A stretch of DNA of 64,000 bases from NCBI GenBank assembly GCA_946965045.2, contig OX337240.1:682001-746000 (forward strand), written 5' to 3'. The DNA is from Epithemia pelagica. Taxonomy: Eukaryota > Protista > Bacillariophyta. Shown one piece after another: positions 1 through 10,749 of this stretch (its first letter is position 1; every line of letters starts with the position of its first letter). The notes beneath the pieces are model-generated. The model worked only from the letters and a program-made list of their open reading frames with translations. It ran no database searches and was not told the DNA's origin. The translations under genes and the position numbers were made by a program.

Positions 1-581
1 TGGGCAGCGCAATCATTGTGCTTCCTCGTAACTACAGGCGTTATCAAGGGTTGAGATTCATTATTTCCATACTCTCTCCCATGGCCAGCAGTTGACGAAT
101 GCAAAAAAATTGATCTCTAGTGCCTTACGACGCATTGAAACAAAACGGTGATCACATTGGAACTGACACACGGTTGTCCTGTAGCCTGTTTTGGATATTT
201 TTAGCGGACGTGGCTCATTCCGTTCGAGGGATGTTGACGAGGGTTGCATACAAAGGGTTGCATACAAGTTGTTCTAGCGCAGTGAACGGAACCGTCTTCG
301 GGGCGTTCCTCACTCACAAGGAGTAAATGTTGCGGACCGGGTCCACCAATTTGAAACAGGGATGAACAGACGATGAAGAGCTGGAAGCTTGGCAGTTTTC
401 GGTATCCTGTCTTAAGGGAACTGGTTCAAGTTCCTTCGTGGAACATTTCGTCGAATCCTTCATTTCATGTTCTTTGCACGTTTGCTGGAGAGTAGGACCT
501 ATCCATTGCGGTGTCTGCCATGGAAAGATCAATGGCATGGTTAATGGCCATGGCCATGGAGGCTGCCAAGTCATGTTCTCG
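1..581 (-). pseudogene. Partial paralog of the 3' half and downstream region of the HSF gene at 8322-9240; lacks the DNA-binding domain
   Basis: Aligns by eye with 8048-8579, e.g. gttgcggaccgggtccaccaatttgaaacaggga occurs in both. ORF 314-757 ends KDSTKCSTKELEPVPLRQD...HPCFKLVDPVRNIYSL, as does the HSF tail. Confidence 0.8.
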
Positions 582-1200
582 CGCATAGGTTCGTGCCTAC
601 CTGTCCCTGATCGAGTTTGTGTAATGAGGGATGAGGGCGTAATCAAATCACCCAAGTGTGAATCGATCTGGTTAGTACTAGAAACGTACGGTCGCATTTC
701 TGTTCTGGCTTCAGATTTGAGATTTTCACATGTATACCTCAGGCCTCGTGGCCTCATTGTGGCCTTCTACCACCTCCCGCCCTCAACAATGCCACTCGAA
801 TGCCTGATTGTTACATATATCATTTAGAGACCAAGTGTCACGAGACAGCCAAGGAGACGTTACCCACACTGTCAAAAACAAAATCATCACATTGGTGGTC
901 CTACTCACTTTTGCTCGTGATTCGATGGTTGACATGCAGTGAGTGCGATCTGTTTTCTTCCGGGACAATGATGGTACACGGCAGATATCAAGTATAGCTA
1001 TTTTCATTTGACAAGCATCTACTCCTAGAGTTGTTACGTCCTCCCGTACAAGGAGGCCACGATAGTATAGTATGCCAATGGGACCTCCAGCCCTAGCATA
1101 GTTTCAGATCCATTCTTGATCAAGTCCTCGATAACTCTCTACAAGCGACCACATTCGTGTTGTACTTTCAAAGTCACATGGTCACCAATGACGACAACGC
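575..1200 (+). repeat. Diverged dispersed repeat, second copy at ~16183-16725; this copy has an extra ~100 bp at ~1007-1107
   Basis: Shared blocks include tttagagaccaagtgtcacgagacag, cctactcacttttgctcgtgatt and cggtcgcatttctgttctggcttca. Confidence 0.85.
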
Positions 1201-1591
1201 ACCAGCTGCTCGTTGGGAAATTGGTCATTAGGGTTATAGATAGTGGGCGGTCGTATGAGTCAACCATGGTCTCCAGCACGCAATGCCACGACGACGACGA
1301 CGGCGAATGGATTGTCGGCAAAGTACATGTAGTCGAATGAGCGAAGGAACGGCTACAGTACTGACGATGCGATCCTGGCTCTTGTTTTGCTCTTCGGGTA
1401 TTTTCTTTGTCTTGTTTTCGTTTTCGTCGCCCCTTTCTACATCACGATCAGAGCGCTTCTCGAAACAATTTGATTGCACGCGGATAGATGGATGGTTGGA
1501 TCGATTGATTGATTTCTTGTTTTTGTTGTTCTCCATCTCCTGGAAATCAAGTCCTATTGAATGGTATCGAAGGAGCCACTACTAGTTGCTA

Positions 1592-3472
1592 TCATGAAAA
1601 TCTATCACTCATCAAACCTGCAATATACTTGTCCTCTTTCACAACACAGTACTGGGGAGCGACGCCCGGGAAGTTTGCAATTGCAATCTTGAGTGGTTTT
1701 CTGTCCATGGCAAGAACCGGCATCATTTCTGGCTTACGGCAAGAATCGGTAGGCATGATAAAAAGTGTTACAATATCATGGAGGAGCGGAATTTCCTCTT
1801 CAAGCTCCATGAAAGCATCTTGCATATTCTTGTAATGATCCGACAGATATGTTCCGTGTACTTTGTGAGATGGCTTGTCTTTTGCGTCGTCGTTTCCAGA
1901 GACAGTCATCTGTAGGCCGACCAAAACTAACGAGTTATCGACGAGAGAGCTACCTGCTGTCGTGGTCCCCTCAAAGAAAACTGATGCATTTACAAGGATG
2001 AATGCATCATGCGTTGGAAAGTTGCCCACGATTGGTCGAATATACACGCCTTTGACATCGGAGGTGTTTGCGAACTTGAAATTCGCTAGAGACTTTCCAG
2101 GAAAGTTCAATACCTTCGAGACTTGGTAGTTAAGCTCGACCTCCTCCTTCGCCTTCCACTGCCTGCCATCATGAAAGCTACCAAGGTATGCTGGTTTGAA
2201 CACCACCGCATCTCCGTCTGTAATCTCCTTGTGCATCTCGCCTTCGTACAACACCCCGTACGCATCTTGTTGTCCGTTTCCAGCGCCCAATGCTGCGATG
2301 ACTTTCTGAAGCGCATTGTTCTTGTAAATACGGATTCTGTCTACAACCATACTTTGTAGATACGCGCTTGCAAAATGAACGTCGCAGAACGCTGGATTGG
2401 TCATGGGTGTCCTGTGGAATATAAGCGCTTTGCTCGTGACTTCCGTTGGAGTATCCGAAGACTCCACCTTGGCCACCCAATCAACCGCATCCTTAATGTC
2501 TTGGTCTGGACCCAAAGTGAGGAAGTACTCCTCGAGCGGTGAAAAATGATTCACTCGCTGGAGCGTTGCAAATCGGACGACGTTTCTAGCCGATCCACCG
2601 TATCGACGGTAGCCTTCCATGAAGAATGCCACATCCGTGGAATCTGGAGTTGCGAAAAGACCTCTACTGGTCACAAAGCAACCACACAAATACCCAGCAA
2701 TCAATTCTTCGTAATCAAATGGATCCATGTGGCGCAGAATTTGTTCAAGCGATATTGGTTTCTTCTTCATCTCTCGAATGAACGTGGCATTTCCACTTGA
2801 CACATTGTACAGTTGAAAGCCCAGCGTATTAACCGGTGATACAGTTTTGCTGTGTCCAGGATCTCGGATCAAGATTGCATTTTTGTCTTGCGTGAGTGAA
2901 TCAAAGGCATCATCATTTTCCGCCACTTTCATCCACCATATAGACTTGCCGTTCGCGGTGATTACGTTTTGGCCACCGTTCATTTTGCTTTTGGAAAAAA
3001 TGAAAATTTTTGACTCGTACCAAAGTATGATCAACTTGTTGGCGTCAAACCATCGTCGAGCGGCGTAAAGCCCAAAGAGCGATTTTCCTATACCTGCTGT
3101 GCCAGTAACAATGGTTGGTGTTTTATCGACGTCTGTAATCTTTTTGTTAACGTGTTCAAACATTTTCTTATAACACGAACGGACAAGAACAGATGGACCT
3201 TCAGTAGCGTCGTTCCATACATTGCCGACATAAAACGTTTCAAAAGTGTAGACTGTTGGTACGCCATGATCGCCAGTGACATTTTTCGTAAGGCTGATAT
3301 TAAGCGGATCAAGCGTTAGAAGGTTTTGAAGGTAGAGAGGAAACACACCGTCGACGGGTTGTTGGTCAATGGGCGTTGGATTGGAGGGACGAGGGCCAAG
3401 CAGTTGCAGCGGGGATGCATAACGAGACACTTCGATGCATTGCCTCTTTCGCGACGCGTCCGCTTCTTCCAT
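1592..3472 (-). CDS. Crinkler/RHS-type protein: P-loop NTPase plus C-terminal PD-(D/E)xK-like restriction endonuclease fold; intronless
   Basis: 631-codon ORF, first ATG at 3472. Walker A IVTGTAGIGKS, Walker B-like AILIRDPG, then YGGSARN, FASAY and GVLYEGEMH. The C-terminal RPIVGNFPTHDAFILV...GLQMTVSG...H matches the CR-NTPase/REase pattern. Confidence 0.75.
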   Translation of the reverse strand: MEEADASRKRQCIEVSRYASPLQLLGPRPSNPTPIDQQPVDGVFPLYLQNLLTLDPLNISLTKNVTGDHGVPTVYTFETFYVGNVWNDATEGPSVLVRSCYKKMFEHVNKKITDVDKTPTIVTGTAGIGKSLFGLYAARRWFDANKLIILWYESKIFIFSKSKMNGGQNVITANGKSIWWMKVAENDDAFDSLTQDKNAILIRDPGHSKTVSPVNTLGFQLYNVSSGNATFIREMKKKPISLEQILRHMDPFDYEELIAGYLCGCFVTSRGLFATPDSTDVAFFMEGYRRYGGSARNVVRFATLQRVNHFSPLEEYFLTLGPDQDIKDAVDWVAKVESSDTPTEVTSKALIFHRTPMTNPAFCDVHFASAYLQSMVVDRIRIYKNNALQKVIAALGAGNGQQDAYGVLYEGEMHKEITDGDAVVFKPAYLGSFHDGRQWKAKEEVELNYQVSKVLNFPGKSLANFKFANTSDVKGVYIRPIVGNFPTHDAFILVNASVFFEGTTTAGSSLVDNSLVLVGLQMTVSGNDDAKDKPSHKVHGTYLSDHYKNMQDAFMELEEEIPLLHDIVTLFIMPTDSCRKPEMMPVLAMDRKPLKIAIANFPGVAPQYCVVKEDKYIAGLMSDRFS

Positions 3473-4239
3473 ATTCGTCGTCGTCACTGCTCATCGCTAG
3501 TTGGATGTAGTCAAGTTTTCAGAGATCCTTTGCTCGTCCAGTGTACACACGAAGTGGTGGTCTGTCCGCATGGCAAATTACAACGGTCGACGGACAGACG
3601 CAGTCGGCCTTACAAGCTGGTTAACGTTGCGAAGTGCATGAGTTTTTCAGAGTGGGAAATTGTATACTACACTTTATCCCACAGTACCCCAGCGTTTCGA
3701 ACCAGTTACTTTTTCATGCTCCTCACATTTTGTCGCGCACATATCGTAAAATGCAAAATGCAATAACGACAAGTGACCGCTTCATGCGACAATGGCCATT
3801 CACCAGCCGAGATGCGAAGCACCACCCAACCTAATCGATAGGATAGATATAAAAGTAGTAGGAAATCATAGGGGTGTCGCGCATCTCGACCTGTAGTTCA
3901 GTCTCCACAAGGAGTGAACGTATTTCCACTGCTGAGCATCGTGGACAATCATTCTCCATCTCCTTAGCTGTGCCCATAAAAACAAATTAAACCTACTTCG
4001 TCTATTAGTTGCAGCAGTTCTTGTGCTTGCGGCCATGAATGGCATCGTATTTGCCCAAACATCGGGACGTCCCATTGTCATTGTCATTGTCATGGGTGCT
4101 GTGCTGCGGAAAATCACTATAGAATTTTATGTACGATTTTTTTCAGTACAGTCTTCTACACTAATATACTCATGCACTGCGCAACGTGAACCAGCTTGTA
4201 CCCTGTAACTTATCACCGGAACATTGACGCGGGTGAAGG

Positions 4240-4272
4240 TGCGAGTGCGGGGGCTAAGCCCCCGCACTCGCA
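4240..4272. repeat. Perfect GC-rich hairpin, 15 bp stem with 3 nt loop
   Basis: tgcgagtgcgggggc-taa-gcccccgcactcgca. Confidence 0.95.
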
Positions 4273-4754
4273 TCAACATTCCTACTATAAACTTAACAGT
4301 TATCCGTAGTTTTGTCATGCGAGTGTGCTTCAACGGATAGAATGACAGACCCAAAAGATTCATCTCACAATCCACACACTCCATCTCCATGGGTACGACG
4401 GCAACGACGACAGCTCTGCGATCTACGAAGAAGACCCCGATTCGGTTGCAGTAGCGTCTGTTCTACTTTGCATTCTATCTTCTACGTGAGACGACGAAAA
4501 CGATGATAAGACGAGTCCTCTCCATTAGACCGCTCTTGTCTGGCCTCCATCTCTTGGTGAAAAGGGGACGGGTTATAGGGATAAGCCCGACCACTCGACC
4601 AATAGCCGTCCCCTTTTCACTTGGGGTTCGTTGCATCAAATCTCCAAACGTTACAATTAATGTTGGATTTGGATATCGTGGCTCTACGAAGAAGAAGACG
4701 ACCATCCTCGGCCATCATGGTATGTTTGGTACAATCGGCTTGAATAGTAGTAGC

Positions 4755-5832
4755 ATGGACCAGCAGCAGGAGGCTATGGCCGGTGATTGTTCTTTTCCTT
4801 GTTACAAGAACGACAAGACATCACTCCTCGACGACCAACGTGTCTCATTCCATGAACCTGTCTCGATCTCGCGCGAACCAAAAAGAAGAAGAAGAGAGAA
4901 GAAGTGCTACAGTGGCTGGAGTGAAACCTCATGCGATAGATGTCTGTGTGGTCGACACAAGAAGAAAGAAGAAGAACTACCATCGGGGGTCTGGCTCCAT
5001 TGGGTCCTCATTGCAACAGTGCTATTAACGCAACACACGAGGACGACGTCGTTGGTCCTTTTCCTTTTTTTGTGTGCAGGGTGGCTCGTTTCGGTTCCAC
5101 AACGACAAACGACTGGAAAACCATGATGCGACGACAATACGGTCCATCATCAAATCCGGAGAACCACCACCACAATCGTTTGTTGGTAGTACGCGGAAGG
5201 AGGACCACAAGAACCACCACCACAAGAACCTGCATCCAAACTCTCCCCCAACTCCAGACATTTCACGCAAATCGGCAACCGTGGTTGCATCCTCTTCTCG
5301 TCGTCGTTATTGTTCATTGCATGGAGTGTTGTATTCCTTGGCCGTCTTGTTTTGGGTGGGAGCGACGGTGCGTCTTGCCCTGATTCATTTCCAAAACGAC
5401 CATCCCGATGCAATGACCCGCAGCGTCTTGTTGTTGTCGTCGTCCTCCTCGTCGTCGTCGTCGTCGCGCACAGGGTGGTCACCCATCAGCAGCACGAAAG
5501 CAATTCAACGTCCAACCTTGTTACTCCACGACGATCCTCGAGGAGAAGAAGTAACTGTCACGAGCGACCAAGTTCAATTGGTATGGAATCAAGCCTTGCG
5601 GTATCAAGATCAACTGGAGGTGTCGGCCAATCATCTTCCATTCGACCATTTCCAGACCACCCATACCAAGAATCATTCGAGTAGCAGCAACAATCAGGAC
5701 GACGATGACGACTACTTGTCATTGATTTATTCTTCGGCCTGTCTCATTGTCAAGGATGACAATCATTGGTTGGTTGAATGGATGGCCTATAATGGGATAG
5801 TGTTTTCCCTCTATATATCATGGACTACCTAG
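4755..5832 (+). pseudogene. 5' part of a type II membrane glycosyltransferase-like (GT2/GT92-type) gene, truncated at ~5790
   Basis: A TM segment (GVLYSLAVLFWVGATVRLALI) and a low-complexity stem are followed by SACLIVKDDNHWLVEWMAY, the opening motif of this diatom-expanded family. The frame then ends within ~13 codons. Possible intron at 4990-5080 (weak donor, good acceptor). Confidence 0.6.
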
Positions 5833-6120
5833 TGACTCTGTAAAATGCGCTGTGTGTCCATCGCCCGTGCATCATAGACTTGTTAGTGTTAGTGCCTTCC
5901 GTACATCCATATCCATGGCGAGACATGAGACATGCCAATAGCACAATGCTCCGTGTAGCATTGGTGCCCTCGCAGCCCTTGCATGCCCGCAGAGACTTGC
6001 ACGCAATTTTTGCGAGTGCCCGCGCTCAATTTTAAATTTGGAGTCCCCCCTCGCACTCGCACCTGCCCCCGCACCAAAAAGTAGTAAGACTACTTCACGG
6101 TGTTTCAGTCCTTTAGAGGA

Positions 6121-6230
6121 GGGTCGCCGGCGCGGAGGGTAGAATGACGAGGAGGGCATATGTTCGAGGAGGGCGCATGCCCGACAAGACATATGCCCGT
6201 CGAGTCATTCTCCCGACAAGCCGGACGCCC
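6121..6230. other. Nested imperfect palindrome (multi-stem hairpin with regularly spaced internal loops)
   Basis: Paired blocks: ccggc 6127/gccgg 6220, agaatgac 6141/gtcattct 6204, gggcatatgt 6154/acatatgccc 6189, gggc 6171/gccc 6179. Confidence 0.85.
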
Positions 6231-6557
6231 GACGAGGAAGGAATGAGAAAACACAGGGGAGTAATCTGCTTACTTTATATCTAGATGTGTAGGTAGTGAC
6301 TACCGCCCGGTTTTATTACGAGTTGGGATGTCGCAACGACATAATTTTCCTTACACGGTTCACCAATGATGTCGCGCGATTCGCACGATTACTACTTCCC
6401 GGCTCTACAATAAATTCAAACTGTAGTATAAAAAAGTGAGACGAACTACCTGCACAGCTAGGTATAGAGTTAGCCTGATAAGTTACGGTCCTATTCCAAG
6501 GGGCCGTCGACTCACTCACCACGCAACGGCGGGCAAGAAGAAGAGTTCCTGACAATC

Positions 6558-7634
6558 ATGTCGACGTTTGCGCACCGAGACAGAGTCAAACAGGCCAACC
6601 GAGCTTTCCAGCGTCACCTTTCGTCAGAAGAAAAGGATGATCGCAGCGATGGTGTATTCTTTGCCTTGCTTGAGCATGTGGTAATCCAGCAATCAACGCC
6701 TCTTTCACCTTCCAGTTTTCCTAACATTCGTCGCAGCTTTGAACAAGGTCAGCGCATTTACCCAACTACAGCGAACAACGCGTACTTGGAGGATCTCCTC
6801 GAGGCCGCCACTGACAAGTCAGACAGAACCAATACGGCACAAGTCACCACATCTGTTGACTTCTTGTACAACCTCCAGTCGGAAAGAGCCCACCTCCTGT
6901 CAAATGAAAAGCTCTGTCATGTTGCATACGTGCAATTAGTGCAAGCCGTAGTTGGAGTTTCGGAGGCAGACTACTTCAAGCGTCGTAAACTCTTGAATGG
7001 CATGCGTGGACAAAGTCGTCGATTGAAGGATTCAGGCATCAAACACAGCAAATTCAACAAATTATACCTCAAAATGCAAGACTGCTACTTCGATTCCACA
7101 CCTCCATCTCTAATTATTTTCCCACTCATGAGTGTGGAGGATATCATGGGATGGGATGGAGTCACCTACTACAGTGGGCTTGTTCTTCCATGTGGAGTTT
7201 CAGGCGAAACGGCAGCTTCCGAGGTGCTTACGAGGGTGCGAGAGACTTGCTCTGAAAACGAGATTCGAACCGCCGTGACAACGTTAGGTATTTTTGTGAA
7301 GGACATCGCAGAGTCTCTTTTAGACACAGAGAACGATGTTTTGGAGGAGTTCAACATCACTGGTGCAGATACGAAGGATCGCTTGGCGCTGCAATGGAAG
7401 CAACTTGTTCAGCATCTGCGCCAATCCTCTAGTCCCAGCATATCCATCCCAGTGGTCAATCCTGAAGTTGACTTCCAGACCATCAAAGTCGCAAAAGGGA
7501 CCTTCGACTACAACGAGTCCTGCCTTCCGGACCCCTTCCTTTTAGCACTCAAGGGTGCCGTAAATTTTTCTTCCCACGCGGGTACTAAGCTCATGCCTGC
7601 TTGTCCATCAGAACCCGACGACGATGATGAATAG
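6558..7634 (+). CDS. Intronless protein with probable HNH-like (HNH_2/CR-HNH type) nuclease fold
   Basis: 358 aa ATG ORF. ERAHLL...KHSKFNKLYLKMQDCYFD...PDPFLLALKGAVN resembles the AH...N.L.L...(H)..FD...PDP.LL pattern. Confidence 0.5.
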   Translation: MSTFAHRDRVKQANRAFQRHLSSEEKDDRSDGVFFALLEHVVIQQSTPLSPSSFPNIRRSFEQGQRIYPTTANNAYLEDLLEAATDKSDRTNTAQVTTSVDFLYNLQSERAHLLSNEKLCHVAYVQLVQAVVGVSEADYFKRRKLLNGMRGQSRRLKDSGIKHSKFNKLYLKMQDCYFDSTPPSLIIFPLMSVEDIMGWDGVTYYSGLVLPCGVSGETAASEVLTRVRETCSENEIRTAVTTLGIFVKDIAESLLDTENDVLEEFNITGADTKDRLALQWKQLVQHLRQSSSPSISIPVVNPEVDFQTIKVAKGTFDYNESCLPDPFLLALKGAVNFSSHAGTKLMPACPSEPDDDDE

Positions 7635-8321
7635 CTACCAAGTAGAACCTGCGCCAATCGAGCACAACACCAAGGGGCGGTGATGAGGAAACAGGAAACA
7701 CAAAAGATCCTGGGCTCCTTGTTGACCGCGAGCAGGTTGTAATGCCAGAGCCAATGTAAGACAAACAAAGCAAGGCTTGGATGAAATATGATGCTCATTT
7801 GCAGAGTTGACGAACTTGCGTTTGTCGAGACTGCATTCGATGAATCTGCAAGACCACGAGCAAATTGCGACGAGAAATCAAAGTCCAATTGGAACCTTGG
7901 ATGGATTTCCATGGTGATCTATTCCTTTATTGAGACGACTGACCGACAGGAAAAAGCAATTCATGACTTGCAAGGTTGGAACCACTGTAATCGGATCTGG
8001 CACGGACGGAAAATGCGGAAAACAGCTTTGGCAACAGTCGACGGCTTTTGGCAGCGCAATCGTTCTGCTTCCTTGTAACCTTAACTACCGGTGTTATCAA
8101 GGGTTGAGATTCATTGGTTTGATTATATCTCTCATGGCCAGCAGTTGACTAATGAAAATGGATCTACTGCCTTATGTGACTCATTGAAAAAAAATGGCAC
8201 AAGTTTGTCCCGTAGCCTGTTTTGGACATTTTTAGCGGACAAGTCTCATTCCTTTCCAAGGATTATAGCATGCAAGTTTTTATGGTGGAGTGAACGGACC
8301 CGTCTTCGGGGCTTTGATCAT

Positions 8322-9240
8322 TCACAAGAAGTAGATGTTGCGGACCGGGTCCACCAATTTGAAACAGGGATGAGCAGACGATGAAGGGCTGGAAGCTTCG
8401 CAGTGTTCGGCATCCTGTCTTAAGGGAACTGGTTCAAGTTCCTTTGTGGAACACTTCGTCGAATCCTTGCCCCCTCTTGTTCTTTGCATGCTTGCTGGAG
8501 AGGAGGACCTGTCCATTGCGGTATCTGCCAAGGAAAGATCCATGGCATGGTTAATGGCCATGGCCAAGCCAGGTTCTCGATCTTGGAGTGGGCTGGACCG
8601 TGATGGCCCATCATGGGTGGGATTTGCATTGGAATCTGTTTCTCGAGCAGTGCTGGAGGTATTGATGCTTCGAAATGATTCTTCCACTCTGGCAGATAAA
8701 AATTCGGTTCCTCCCATTCCTTCACGGCCCGTTGCATACGCGTTCCCTTTCGCTTCTTTCGCACCATTTGTCTCACGAGTGCGCGTTTCCCCGAACAAAA
8801 CACAGGTGATAATAAGCTCCTTCGTCCTTTCCTTGGTTTAGTTTGAAAAAGCCATATAGATTCAGCTGTCTCTGGAAAGACGCAAACTTTGTTTGTCCGA
8901 AGAATCTAGAAGCTAGTAGAGTTAGGGCCTAAACTTTTCTTCATATACTCCTAGCAAAACCAACCATCAAACGCACTCACCTCGGCATAATCTGTCCCAC
9001 AAAATCATTTGGTTTGTGGATTGTGAACGCACGGCCGTGTGATTTCCAAGATGCAATGTCCTCCAAGCCTTCGTTTTCAATCGCTGCTAGGCAATCATGT
9101 AATCGCCATGGAAAAGGACAGGCTACTCCACCCTTGGCAATTGCATGTCCCTTTTCCGAGGTATAAGAGGAATTATCATCGAGGGTGGATGAGGAGGACG
9201 ATGCCCTTGCATTCTCCTCCGTCGCAAGGTCTGCTTCCAT
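8322..9240 (-). CDS. Heat shock factor (HSF) family transcription factor; intron 8906-8980; two 1-nt shortfalls in homopolymer runs (8789-8792, 8470-8474)
   Basis: FPWRLHDCL...IASWKSHGRAFTIHKPNDFVGQIMPR|FFGQTKFASFQRQLNLYGF...YYHLCFVRG/KRALVRQMVR. The intron is GT-AG. The start could lie upstream of 9240. Confidence 0.85.
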
Positions 9241-10012
9241 TATCCTAAATGACCGTCTGAGCCTTTCAAGTATACCCGCGCATTGGCGACTATAGTTTTG
9301 GAAACAGAGCAGTTCGTCTGAGTTCAGTATGAACGGGACGGGTGGGCCGGAAGGCTTGGGGTCTGGGGTGGGAATTTCCAGAAAGACCAGCTGTTCCGAA
9401 AACGGACGGACACTAGAGTAAAAAGTACAATTGAGCAAACATGGCGGTTGATGAAACGGTTAAATATATATGGCAATGATATAGCAATGAATATTTTAAT
9501 GGTCAGTCATGGTATGATTTGGAGGTGCACCTCCAACCGCGTAAAATGTGAGTGGGGACTTACCCTTGACGAATCTCTAGTAGTAATGTAAGACGCCCAA
9601 CCGTTCTGGAATGACTGAAACAATACTTTTTGTTTGAAAGCTCGTAGGAACAGGTAGCAAGACGTTAGAGAGAATTGCTGTGTTCGATAACGGGCATGAA
9701 TCGCTACAACGGCAGAGTTAAATTCATATTATCATCATACAGCAACAAAGAATTATAAATTGACTAGGAAAGCATATATTATGAATTTTGTTTTTCTTCG
9801 TTCGTTCTGCTGACCAGGATGCATGTGGTATTGATAATAGCATATTGGTATACGATAAAAGCAGAAGCCCTTATATCTCTCGATTGGCACTCATATTGTA
9901 TTTCAGTACACATATCATAATCGCTCAATTCTCAGGGGTCGTTTCTTCGGACTCCTTCTCGTCGACTTTGTTGTCTTGGAGCCTACCAGTCGGGTATTTC
10001 CAGCGATTCACT

Positions 10013-10696
10013 GCACTTCTGGAACACGCGAAACTATGTCGGCTATGACCTCACGCGCCCTATCCTAGCAGACAAGGCAGCATTTTAGCTTAGTACTCCT
10101 ACTAGCTAAACAGCTCTAGTCCTTGTCGTTTTGGCGATTGTCGATTGTCTCTTGTTCAAAAAACCGGGGCAATAAAAACGGTGCTCCCGGTATCAAGCCT
10201 CATGACACATGATGAAATTTTTGTCTTGTAATGTCCTACATATCAATCATTAGCTAAGCCTGACGAATAAATTTGTGTACACTACATAACTTCTCAGTCT
10301 TGTGAGCCATCGGTAAATAAGCTCAACGCCAAGGACTAGCTGCTCGCCAAAATAGGCTATAATATTCTTGAGCAGCCCAATTCCCATTATTTGGTCTATT
10401 TAACAGTACATCCAGTACGTCTCTAGTACAACATTAGTGCAGAAGTACGAGTCGTGCTTCTATTTTGTCACGGTGCTCCCACGGGATGGTTCTCGCAAAC
10501 CTCACAAAATGAAGCGGACAAGACGACAAGCGGACAAGATGAAGCGGACAAGACAACAAGCGGACAAGATGAAGCGGACAAGACGACAAGACGACAAGCG
10601 GACAAGACGACTAGCGGACAAGCGGACAAAACGACAAGATGACAAGCGGACAAAACGACAAGCGGACAAAACGACAATCAAACCAAACGCAACAAG
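10013..10696 (+). repeat. Left arm of a long inverted repeat (partner 11385-12077)
   Basis: Near-identical reverse complement of 11385-12077 with few substitutions and small indels. Begins with the last ~22 codons of the 12002 gene. Confidence 0.95.
10509..10676 (+). repeat. Minisatellite of GACAAG/GCGGACAAG modules (30 bp unit gaagcggacaagacgacaagcggacaagat, degenerating to 8-9-mers)
   Basis: Directly visible tandem repeats; a mirror copy with a different module order lies at 11404-11580. Confidence 0.95.
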
Positions 10697-10749
10697 TACG
10701 GCGGTATTCTTGTTCGCAATCTACCAAGTAGTTCAGCCCATGTCCATTA

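Noticed and set aside
4240-4272. PIF/Harbinger end-to-end junction suggested by the TAA-centred palindrome
   Set aside because: No matching distal TIRs with TAA/TTA TSDs found in the window.
9925-10012. Possible C-terminus of a minus-strand gene cut by the palindrome (...RWKYPTGRLQDNKVDEKESEETTPEN*)
   Set aside because: Only ~30 codons with no recognisable family.
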